Shown in pieces: positions 13,501 to 23,668 of a stretch of DNA of 64,000 nucleotides. How positions within the stretch are numbered: the stretch's first letter is position 1; each line of letters opens with the position of its first letter. The position numbers and the translations under genes were made by a program. Below the pieces are notes generated by a model. That model did not search any database and was not told where the DNA came from. It worked only from the letters and a program-made list of their open reading frames with translations. The DNA comes from Klebsormidium nitens (Eukaryota; Plantae; Klebsormidiophyceae): assembly GCA_000708835.1 (NCBI GenBank), contig DF237002.1, positions 156,291 through 220,290 on the forward strand. Reading direction: 5' to 3'.

Positions 13501-16500
13501 AAAAGTACGTTTTGGTTGGTCGGTTGGAAAGTTCAAATCGCGTGATTGGCAAGAGAAGCCGCTCAATTAGCACTTTGTGGAAGGGTGCCATGGCATCCAC
13601 TATCAAACTTTGTGGAGCCGCCCTCAGTAACTAGCACTGTTACGCAAAGTATCAACAAGTCGAGAACGACTAAAACCGATATCATGCACACGGGGCGGAA
13701 TGACCGGAACCGGAACGGAACGGAATGCTTGTGTGAGCGCAGGAGAAGGACGTGGAGGACGCGGAGCAGGCGGCGTCCCACATGAAGAACGCGGCCAAGG
13801 GGAACAAGAGCCGAAAAGGCGCCGGCAAGCCGGGCAAGGCGGCGGGCAAGAAGAAGAAGAAGGGCGACGACTCAGGGGAAGAGAGCGACGACGAGTATAC
13901 CGGAGAGAAGAGTGAGCGCGCCTCTGCGCTCGTATTCGTTTATTAGTCTGTGTGCAGTGATGAATTGAGCTTACGCAGAGCGCAGTCGGCCGCTTTCGTT
14001 GCTTTGTCAGCACTACCTTCGCTAGCTTGCTAAGATCCGCGGTCAGTGCTCGTGCTGTGGGCTAAGCTGTGGAAGAAGGCTGCGGCAGAAGTAAGCGAGT
14101 ACGGGTGCGACACTGGCGCTGAGGAGTGACGTCTCCGTGGATCACGGCCACGTCATCTCTGACGTCCTGCGAGTGGGACTATTGCAGAAAAGGTGGTGAA
14201 GCGCCCGCCGGCGGCCCCAAAGCCGAAGCCTGCCGCTTCGGCCTCCACCCAGCTGAAGCCCTCCACGTCAGCCAGCACGGTAAGCTGACAACAAGCCGAA
14301 TCTACTTTCCCTGAAATGGAGTCGGAACGTGGACCTCAGATACTGGTTGTGGTTGGAGCGAAGTTGGGATTGGCTGCTGTCGCCCAAAGTTGCTGCAAAG
14401 AGCCGGCGTGCCAGGGGCATCGTAAGATACGGCATTGAAGACGGCCAAACAGCATATGACTAGATACTTTCGTCTCGCTAAATGGCTCCATTTCAAGGAC
14501 CCCAAGGCATCAGTGCGCTGGACCACGTTTCAAGCGCCATCTTATGCAATCTTGGTTGGCAGCTGTCACAGCTTGCGCGACTTACTGCGAGGACGCCTGC
14601 GTTAGCTTACCCCAAGTTTGGAGTAATCTACCGAAGGCCTGTTGTATTTGTGGTCATGTATGGTCAAAGCAGGGACTCCGTCAAAGTCTGAAAGTGATGA
14701 AGTCCTGATCATGCAGGCTGCCACTGCCAGCACGTCCGGCCCCTCGAAGGCGAGCTCCTCGCTCGCGACTTCCAAGCCTAAGCCCCCTCCGGTGAGAAAC
14801 TACTTTTCCATCCCCTTTTCACGGTCTGCTGAATGCTCTATCTTCCATCTGCGTGACCTCTTATGTGACCCACTTACTGAATGGTGGAGTACGGCCCCGC
14901 AGACTTTGAAGATGGCACGCTGGATCTTTGGTACCTTATTGGCTTATTGGTTTACCGAAGCAGATGGCTCCCAGAGAGAAACAAAGTCATTATAGCTCAG
15001 AGGGGAAGGATCAAAAGATCACTTGCTCAACCTAATCCCTCTGCTGGTATGTGCGGATGCTGCCGGTGGATGGGGGCAGGCCGAGATCTTTCCCAACAGC
15101 TTCTGTGTTGTAGCCGTTCAGAGTCCATACGCACTTCTGCTGCGCCCATGCATTTTCGCTTTCCTCTCGAACCGCTGGACAGCTTGCGCCCTCTCCTTTT
15201 ATCAATCTTTACCTTCCTTTTTTGACCAGCATCGCTTAAGCGGGCCCCGTCCGGGTTTGATGCAGTAAATCACCCACTGCCCCGGAGCCCTAAACAAGCA
15301 ACTTTTGATTTGCAGGCCCCCGCAAGCGCTGCCCCGATCGAAGAAGAGGACGAGGACGAAGAGGAGGACTTGATGTCGATGTCCCTGACGGAGCGGCTGA
15401 CCCACCTGGCCAAGCAAGGCCTTCAAACCAAAAAGGCGACTCAGGAGGCAACAGCACCAGTTCCTGCGGCGGCGGCGAGCAAAGGTGCGCCACGTGGCCT
15501 CGAGCTGCGCAGAGTTTCGCCCGAGTTTCCGTCGGAGTCAGTTTCGCTGCAAGCTTGCGAACCTGCCTGTGACTTCCGGTTCATTGACATATGTCGAGAA
15601 TTTGTTCGAGTGAAGGTTCTGCTAAGGAGCGAGAAGGGATATACAGAGCAACTAAGGCACAGTGAACAACATTATAGATCGGGTGTGTTTCAATATGCAA
15701 GAGTATAAGGTTGTTTGCCGGCTGACGCCGCTTATCAATTTCTATAGGTGCGGGCAAGCGGCCGGCTGCCAAGAAGGCCGTCATCAGCGAGAGCAGCGAT
15801 GAGACGGACCGCGAGAGCGGCCGCGCCGTCGACAGGGCCCCGCCGGCGAAACCCCCCGCAGGTATGAAAGCGCAGAAGCCGGCTTGCTGGGCCCTTTGAA
15901 AAGGCACGGTGCTGAAACGACAGCCTTCGCTCTCTGGGGAGCAATTGGGGCAGCATGCACACAAGACGCGAGTTCTTGAAATGGAGGGAATAACCTCATA
16001 GTCGGACGAAGACGTGCTACTCCTTGTCGACTCAAGAGCCTTCTGTGAAGGGCTGTCTACTGGGGAGATTCAACAATTCTGAGCTTCATACTGGTCGATG
16101 TGGAAACCTGGCTTGTGTCACGCTCTGCGGTGGAGATTGATCTCGTTACTTGTGCTAACCAGAGAAAGCTACTTCGACGGAGGCTCGTGAAGAACCGTTA
16201 CGACTCCCTTCTTGAATCTCTGCTGGCAACAGGCCCGACGTGTTTCTCAAATCCCTTCTCGTCGGCTTCCGCAGGCGCGGCCAAGCCCCGTGCTGCTGCC
16301 CGGAAGACGTTCCAAATCGACAGCGACAGCGAGGAGGAAGACGCGGACCTGGCCGACATCCCGCCGCCCAAGGCCGCACCCGGTACGTACCGCGGAATGC
16401 GCATCTCCAGCATCCATTCAAACCTCGCTATGTGGTCGTGAGCCGCTCGGATGTCCGATGTTTTGCTGAACAGATCGTTCAGTGCAGCGTGCTCCTGCCT

Positions 16501-18728
16501 CGAGGTTGGATGGGCGAAATATGCGGCGGGGGCTCTGTTACAAGTGCCGTTGCTTGAATGAAGCGCCTGCGGACGATCTCGACCCGCTCATATGATCTGC
16601 GAAAGCCTGGCTTCACTCAGAACGGGCGGTTTGCAAGCCCTTTCCAAGCCCTTTATTGGTCGGAACATTGACGTCACCGTATTGTACCTACAGCCCGCCC
16701 GGCACGGGTGCCTGCAAAGAAGAGCTACCAGATCGAAGACAGCGATGACGAAAGCGATGGAGGGAGCGAGAACGAGGCCGACGAGGCAGCCCCGCCTCCC
16801 CCCGCGCCGAAACCGAAAGCAGTCGCGGGTAAGCCGGGCCGTCCATGCTCCAACGAATCGTGCCGCATTGCAGACTTTCTCGGTTTCCGCTCAAGGAGGT
16901 CGTAGCCTTGTCCTTTCAGCGAGTCACGACTTGAAACGATAAGTCCATGTCACCAAGATTTGTATGCTTTTCTTGGAGACGTCTACGAAGACCGACCTGG
17001 CTGTCGTAACAACCCCTAGCCTTCTATACCGGCTTGAAAGCTTTAGGCTTGCGGCGACTAGAATAGTTGCGTGCAAGCTTTCCGGTCGCCTTACTACGAG
17101 TGCAAGGGTGCGCCCTCTTTCAAAGAAGTAAAGACCTAAGCTGGTCCAACAAATTCATCCACAATGCTCTCAAGGATCTCACGAGCTTCCTGTTTCCTGC
17201 AGCCCCGAAGCCCAAGCCCGCTGCCAAGAAGAGCTCCAAGGTGCTCAGTTCAGAGGAGTCGGACTTCGAGCCGGAGGACGAGGACTCCGACTTTGAGGAG
17301 CCCAAGCGTGAGTTGATTTTCCGTCGCTCCCTCTTTTTGATTCGAACAGCTCTGGCGTGTTGGCTGTTTCTGCATCAAAACCGTCCACGCGTGTAGCTAT
17401 GTCCTCTTCCAATCCCGTTCTTTGGGATTCTGGTCCCTGGAAATTCTGTCGTCTTCCGAGGACTAGGTTCGCAATGGGGGGCCTGTGCAGCGAGACCCTG
17501 TGGTTCCAACACTTTTCTCTTCATCCTAGTCCTCGGTCTGACACTTCTCGCATTGTATCTGCCCTCAGCCAAGAAGAAGCTCGCGCCGAAGAAGCTGGCG
17601 CCTCTGCCCGCCAAGGCTCCCAGGGCACCCAAACCCCCTGCAGCGGCGGGGAAGAAGCGGACGCTAGGAGCCAAGGTGAGGCGTCAAGACATTGTAAACA
17701 ACAAGTCGACTGCGGACAGTCTTTAAAGAATGTCACGCTCTGAATGCGGTTTTTGAAGTCGTACCCACAGCCCATACGTTTGTTGGGGCACGAGCTTCTC
17801 AAGAAGTCACCATACTCAAAATTGGCTGTCGATTTCAGAGCCCTGACAGGCTGATTACTCTCGGTCGCTTTGTTGTTTCCTATCTGCAGCCTTGCCCGTG
17901 CTGTCCGCCGTATCCGGATCAGTGCATCAGAGCCGCCGGTTTTCTTTTCTCGCCGTCCTCTTTTACTGACTCGCCCTTTCTTTCACGCAGGCGCCGAAGA
18001 TTCTGAGCGACACCGAGGAGAGCCAGGCTGGCACCTCACCAAACGACGACGCAGGTGAGCGGACTGCTTCAAACCAAGCTCTAATCGAACGGACTGCTAC
18101 GATCGTATCATCGGACGGACGAGCTACGACCCTTCAGCGGTCCTATGAACAGCAGAAGTTTAGCTTCGAGCGACTGAGCGGTTGTACCGTTTGCAGGAAC
18201 CCTTTCAGGAGTACATCCGGTGCCTTTCATTAGTTCATTCGTCTTCCATTTTCTAGTCCTGTAGTTCCAGCTTCTTGTACTCGCTTCATCGCCAGAATCG
18301 CTTCCGCTGTATGCAGATTCCTCGCACCAGTAGCTCCCTTACTGATTCGCCCCAAAATTGGAAAATGAATCGACTGCAGGTTTCACTAGTTAAAGGAACG
18401 CTTCGACCTCAGTGATCTCATTGGGTGTACTGAATTAAGAGCTTTCTCGCTGTCTACAGACGTCCCGGTAGACTCTCCCGCCCGCAAGTCCCCCGACAAG
18501 AAGGTGCGCCGCATGCGGCCGTCCCCCTTCAACAAGAAGAGCGGCTCCTTGCTGGCTGCCGCCCCGGTCACAAAGGGCCCCGCCTTGGACCTGGAGGCAG
18601 GGGCCGATGAGGCGCCCGGGGGAGGCGGCCGCCGACCGGCACGTGCTGCGCGGAACCAGATCAGCTACGTGGACCTGGACGGCGAGTCGGAGGAAGACGA
18701 AGCGAGCGACGAGGAGTTTTCTGAGTAG
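1513..18728 (+). CDS. TOP2: DNA topoisomerase II (type IIA), about 1638 aa, 30 exons
   Basis: Exons: 1513-1751, 2223-2559, 2891-3082, 3695-3871, 4255-4537, 5288-5487, 5907-6116, 6604-6717, 6995-7102, 7575-7739, 8102-8287, 8985-9140, 9713-9846, 10361-10529, 10955-11131, 11562-11748, 12000-12049, 12490-12798, 13220-13336, 13743-13911, 14188-14279, 14717-14791, 15316-15484, 15748-15861, 16275-16382, 16694-16828, 17203-17307, 17569-17675, 17991-18054, 18460-18728; they join in frame (4917 nt). Motifs: YQKKTQLEHILLRPDTYVGS, EILVNAADN, GGRNGYGAK (GHKL ATPase), DSQTKE, TEGDSAK, PLRGKLLNVR, IMTDQDHDGSHIKGL (TOPRIM), YYKGLGTS, PRY (catalytic Tyr), NGSEGIGTGW. The start is uncertain: ATG 1513 overlaps a possible acceptor (tatgcag|), and an upstream exon 858-887 (MKNLATRLEE|gt) would also join in frame. 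Confidence 0.97.
3872..4254 (+). other. GC-AG intron (TOP2 intron 4)
   Basis: The conserved peptide GQFQQ|VSFVNS requires the donor CAG|gcaagt at 3872 and the acceptor ttacag|gtc at 4254. Confidence 0.85.
4925..5190 (+). repeat. Two degenerate copies of the 5' end of TOP2 exon 6 inside intron 5
   Basis: 4945-5030 'gaactcggacattaagcactcggcgctgtccgtggcgtccccggaggacctgaagaagacggacggcgcc' and 5134-5180 'gaagtcggacatcgtgcacgtggcgctgtccgtagcg' match exon 6 'gaactcggacatcgtgcatgcggcgctgtccgtggcgtcc...ctcaagaagacggacggcgcg'. Confidence 0.9.
9228..9330 (+). repeat. Degenerate copy of the 3' end and donor of TOP2 exon 12 inside intron 12
   Basis: 'attggcatggcgcagactttc...cgtgctcgaagcggagggcatgctctgctcacggttcatcgtgcgc' resembles the exon sequence 'atcggcatggcgcaaaacttt...cgtgctcaacccggagggcatgttcggctccaggctcatg|gtgcgt', offset about 170 nt. 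Confidence 0.85.
13355..13545. repeat. About 50-bp degenerate minisatellite (3-4 units) in TOP2 intron 19
   Basis: Core 'cgttttggttggtcggttgga..gt(t)caaa.tcg' recurs near 13411, 13464 and 13514, with a weaker copy near 13360. Confidence 0.7.
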
Positions 18729-20410
18729 GGCGGAAAGGAAGAAGGGTTTGGTTTGAAGTTTGAAGGGCGAGTGTTTAGAGGGGTACTAGACAGCATGTTG
18801 AGTGTGGTCGAGCAGATGGTGCATTCAATGCAGATTCAACGAGTATTTTGTTGAAATTTGACGGTGTTTAGTTGGCTGCAGCCAGTAAGACAGACGCTCA
18901 TTGGTGGGCTTTGAGCTTCTAGTGTCGCTAGTAGCGGGACAGTAAGATACTCTTTGCTGTTCCGTCTTCTGAAATGCCTGGGCAGGCATGTTACGAGAGC
19001 AACGACGCAGCATATTTAGTCTGCGCAAGGCATCACAAAAGACACTCGATGAAGTCATGCACTTCTCCCTTGTATTCACTGCGCTGCATTTTGGAAGTCG
19101 ACCCTTCTGAATCATTATCAACTCGATCAGACCTTCAGATCGCCGCTTTGACCGGCCAGTCACTGTCAGATTCTCTGAAACTGCGCTCACTGAGTTGATT
19201 GCAAAGGTTGCTTTGACGCAGTCATCTGCAAAAGATGTACCGGAGCGGCATATTGATGAATCATGAGAGATTACAGTCCGTTCGGGGCCACGACATGCCT
19301 ATAGTGGACTGCCTATCCTCTCTGAGTTACTCTATCTAAAGTTCCTTTTCTTCTCTGCATACTTACATGTACGAATCTAGCCGGAATGATCGCGATATAC
19401 GGATCCAGTGAAAGCCACCTGTAAGGATCCCACATGAGCTTTTGCGCGCGCATATACAACGTCGCCGCATGCAGGAGTTGCGCGCGCAGAGTATCCGTAC
19501 AAGAGCGCAGGCTCGCGGCGCGCAGACTCTAGCAAGAGCGCTAGCAGCTTCGACCCCTCTTCGACCACTTGGCCAGTCTTGGGACCACCAGGATAGTCTT
19601 TAAAGCTGCAAGAATTTGAGGCTTGAACCGGGGGTGCCGCCGAAATGGCACGTGTAGCAGAGCAGAACTCCAGCTGATCGTCTCCAACTTCCAACTCATG
19701 TTGACATTAGTCTCGATCTTGCAATCCGATCCGCGATCGATCGTGCGTGCATTATCTGCTAGGAGAATGTCTGCATGACTCATCAGCCAAAACCAAGCGA
19801 AGCCGTCTTTCAAACGATCACATGGATGTGTTTCCTAGTAGTAGAAAGGTATTTCGTCATCAGCCCCGATCGTCAGCTATGATTATATGCCCAGCAAGCT
19901 GCAGGTTGACTTCGTACGACTTTGGATCACCCCGTTTACTTATTAAAAACGAGCTCCTGGGGAGTTTTGTGAGTTTGGGAAGACGGAGTTGAAGGAAATT
20001 GAGCACTGGATATCAAAACCCCATTCTGGTAAGTCTTCTTGCAGCTTCCGCAGCGATTCGGAGCGCAGGGTAAAAGCAATGATGGCTCATGCAGATGCGG
20101 CGCCGTGGAGAAGAGCTGCTTCTCGCATCGACCGGTTTCATTCTTCGATATTTTCAAAATAGAAGCTGTACAAAATACGCGCACCACAGTTGGAGGGACA
20201 GCGTCAGTCCAATCCTAAGCAAGCACTCAAACGCTCACCTGACACAGACCTCAGCAGCTACGATCGCAAGCTTCTTAAATCACCAAGGGAGCCTTTCTGT
20301 TCTGAGCAGGTTCCGGTGGGGAATCCGACCAGAAATGTAGCATGCGATTACCTCTGAGCATAGCATCATTCGAGTCAGTTGCAATAAAGTGACGGTAAAC
20401 TGGCAGCATT

Positions 20411-21887
20411 ATGAACGCAGGAAAGGCCATCTTGTTGGGGCTGCTCTTCTGCATCCCCCTCCTCGACCTGACTGTCGCCTCTGCGGACGATGAGAACGGG
20501 CATCGTTGGCAGCAAGCGCCGAAAGCTCCTGCGGCTCCCCCCTCTAGTTTTACAAACCCACCAGCGGCCCCCCCTTCTAACCCCAGAACTCCTCCGCTGA
20601 CTCCCCCTTCTGGTTTCAGGACTCCACCGCCGGGTCCTCCTTCCGGAAACATCGGCGCATCACCCGGGCTGCCGTCAGGAGGCTCATCGGCGATGCCCCA
20701 GAAGCCCCAGGTGAGCAAACTAGACTCTGCGTCAGAATGCATTTCTCCACTTCGGAGAGTCTTGAAATGCAACTGGTGATTGCTTGGATAAAGCATGCGA
20801 AGAGTGTTTCGAAACTGCAAAGAGCTTCCCGCAAGGCACCAGGTTTGGGCAAGGCGAAGGAAGGCCATGCAGCTTCTTTGAAAGAATGCGCACGACGTTT
20901 AAGCACAATGCTAGATGGGGTAAAGTGAGAGTCCTCCTGAGCTAAAAGTCCAACCGTTACGAAACTTAGTCTCTCATCTGGTAAGTCTTTTCAAGGTCGT
21001 TGCAAGCATTGTACGGTTGGCAGACTCCTCGACCATTCGTGCAGTCGTGTCAAGACTACGGTGTGCTTTCATTGAAGAAACTTTTGTGCCACGCTTCCAT
21101 TCGCGATCAGGAGACCATCAAACAATCAAGCTTATTTTTTTGGATAGGGTGATCGATCGACCCCTGTAGTAATCCACCTTACGAGTCAGGAAGAACACAA
21201 GAACTCCTTCAGTTTTTGGCGTTGCAACACATTCGGACACGTTGACGTGATGATTGACAGAGCCTTTGCCTATGCTACAAGCAGAAATAGACCGCTTCGA
21301 GTTCGTCTGCCGATTGTCGACCTTTCCTTGAAAACAAAGATCTTTACAAGCAGTCTTTCACGATCAGAAGGATCTTTTCGCGGGTGCCGTCGAAACGCGG
21401 CCGTTGTCGAAGCTTCGAATCGTCCTCAGGCACAAGTACAACCGTTGATTGTACTCTCCTTCACAGGGGTTTTTGGCGGTCAATCATAGTCGTTTACGGG
21501 CTGGTTCGAAGCTGGTTAACTGCCCAATGACCAGAATCGAGCAGTGACCAGGTTTTTTAAAGGGCTGTAACGCGGTCATTGGTCAAAGAACCGGACAGAA
21601 GACTGGTTAGCGAACCTGGTTAACAGCCAAACCTTCCTGTGCTTTCTTGACAGGTCTTACCCTGCGGCTTAGTCGGGCAGGCGTGCTGTAGGACTCCCAT
21701 GGGTGCGGGTGCGGGCTCGGGGCAGGACGCCATAACCTGTCTTGTGAGCTCGGGGGGGCAGTCCGGGTGCAAGGGCTCTGCCGTCGGGTGCAGCAAATGC
21801 TCCGGGTGTACCTGCCAGTGCGGAGAAAGCATCGCACCTGGGTGCATGGCGCCAGCTTACGTTCCAACCGGGCAGTGCCCGGGTTAG
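20411..21887 (+). CDS. Secreted Pro-rich protein with a C-terminal 12-Cys domain, about 177 aa, 2 exons
   Basis: Exon 1 20411-20710: signal peptide MNAGKAILLGLLFCIPLLDLTVASA, then APPSS/TPP-rich region, donor ccccag|gtgagc. Exon 2 21654-21887: acceptor ttgacag|gtc, VLPCGLVGQACCRTPM...CKGSAVGCSKCSGCTCQCGESIAPGCMAPAYVPTGQCPG*. Phase-0 join. Confidence 0.8.
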
Positions 21888-23668
21888 AAAGGGAATAGTC
21901 AGAGGTGTTATAGAAACAGAGGTGTAACTTCTGCTAAGACGATAGCAGGTTGAGGAGTCGAGAGGTCCGCTTGAGGTTTACGTGGAGGTGGTGAACGCTT
22001 TCTCTGTCTGTGTAGATTTGTCACGAACAAGAAACGAGGTGGTTTTAGTGGTTCAAATAGGGCGTGTGTACAGGAATTGCGGTGGCGTCCAGGTGATGGA
22101 AATCGGTCCTCGTTCTGTAGTGACGAAGATTGGCTAGAGCAGTTAGTAGGTTGTCGGACTATCTGTCCCAGATGCATCATCCGTACGTATCAAGGCCGTG
22201 ACCTGATCTGATGAGTGATTGCAAGTCCTTTTCTGCCAGGGAAAAATTAGGCATGAATCGCTTATCCGTTCTCTGATAGCCTCTCTGATAGGAAGACTTC
22301 TAGTAACCACTTGCATGTCGAGACGATGCGCTCAATTGGCAGTAACGAGCCTTCTTCTTGTTTGCGTTGTCAAGATACTCACGACAGCTTGTCTCGTACT
22401 GATTTTGGTTGTCTCAGAAATAGTAAATGACTATCACAGGCCTTATGCTGCAAAGCCGCTGCTGCTCCTGAGGCCTTGGATTGATCGCATGTGCATGCGC
22501 ATCGTACTCATGTTTCGTTGGCAAATGCCGGACGTACTTGCATTGGTCGAACGCTTGCTCGACCATATCTGGCTAGAAAACGTGCCGACACCAATACTCG
22601 GGCATCGTAATTTTTCTGCATCCTCAAGCTCTCAAAGACCCCGTTCTGGTTGAAATGGCGTTTGGTAAAGTCCTGATCAGTGGAATGACTATGACAAAAT
22701 CTCTTGCGTGATGACTGTGTGGCCATACGAATGCGTATTTTCAAGTTGTCGGAAAGTACCAATACACTTTTACAAGATTAGCCAAGCAGCTGCAGCCTGC
22801 AGCTCAGTGCTGCTGTAGAAGTTGGAGTGCCTTCTTGCATGGGCACATACCAAGTTTGTGTGCAGGCAGACCGTACGATAAGCGAGCCCTTGCAATCGAC
22901 GGTTTAGAACATCCCGAAACTCCATTACGGCGACAGGTTGGCTTCCGACCCCGGAAAGAAGTCGCCCTTCAATGCCTTCGCTGCCAAAGTTGAAACTTTG
23001 AAATTGGGCAAAGCATCTTCTGCATAAGGAATGTTTATGTCAGGTGCATGCTGTTCATGGCGTTGGATCTTATCCGCTCAGCTCATTGCTACCTTGGCCA
23101 GCGGTGGGCTCGAATGTAGAAGTGACTCTTTGCTTCCATCGCCCCTGGTAAGTCTGCTGAACTCAGGAGCGCTACCTGTCTGCCCTGATCCATTCTGTGC
23201 CCCAAACAAAAGCTTGTTTCCGCCGCAGGATATCACCGTTTGTAACAGGTAGAAGGCCTTTCGTCTTTCTGGTATATGGAGTGTGGCCCTCCTCGCAGTT
23301 CCTCGATAAGTACTGAATCTAATTCTGTCTGCCTCTTGGTGTTTGACGCTTGCTCTTATGAGTCCAACCCATCAGTAACAGAGAACATTTTGCACCGCTG
23401 CAACTTCAGAACATCTCTCTTTTATTGCCCTTTGTTGCTTTCTGGGTTTGATAGTGTGACAGCATTGTGAATCAGAACAGACACGCACACAGCACGAAAT
23501 GCACCGCTTGTGTTGGCAAGATTGTTTTCAGCTCTGCTCACTCCAACCTCCTCTACTCTGCAGATCAGGCAATCACTCCACTCTCACAAGACCAGTCTCA
23601 GAAGCTGTATTGATTGAGCATGAAACCTCCCATCCCGGAGAACACCACCCAGTTTTCTTGAGCCTGTG

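Noticed and set aside
20411-21887. Calling the Cys-rich protein a GASA/snakin or metallothionein
   Set aside because: The Cys count matches GASA but the spacing does not; a signal peptide and Pro-rich stalk are not typical of metallothioneins.
23031-23620. Upstream ORF and 5'-UTR intron of AP5B1 (donor ~23148, acceptor ~23563)
   Set aside because: Plausible splice signals, but the spliced ORF ends before the main ATG and has no supporting features; cannot be called without transcripts.
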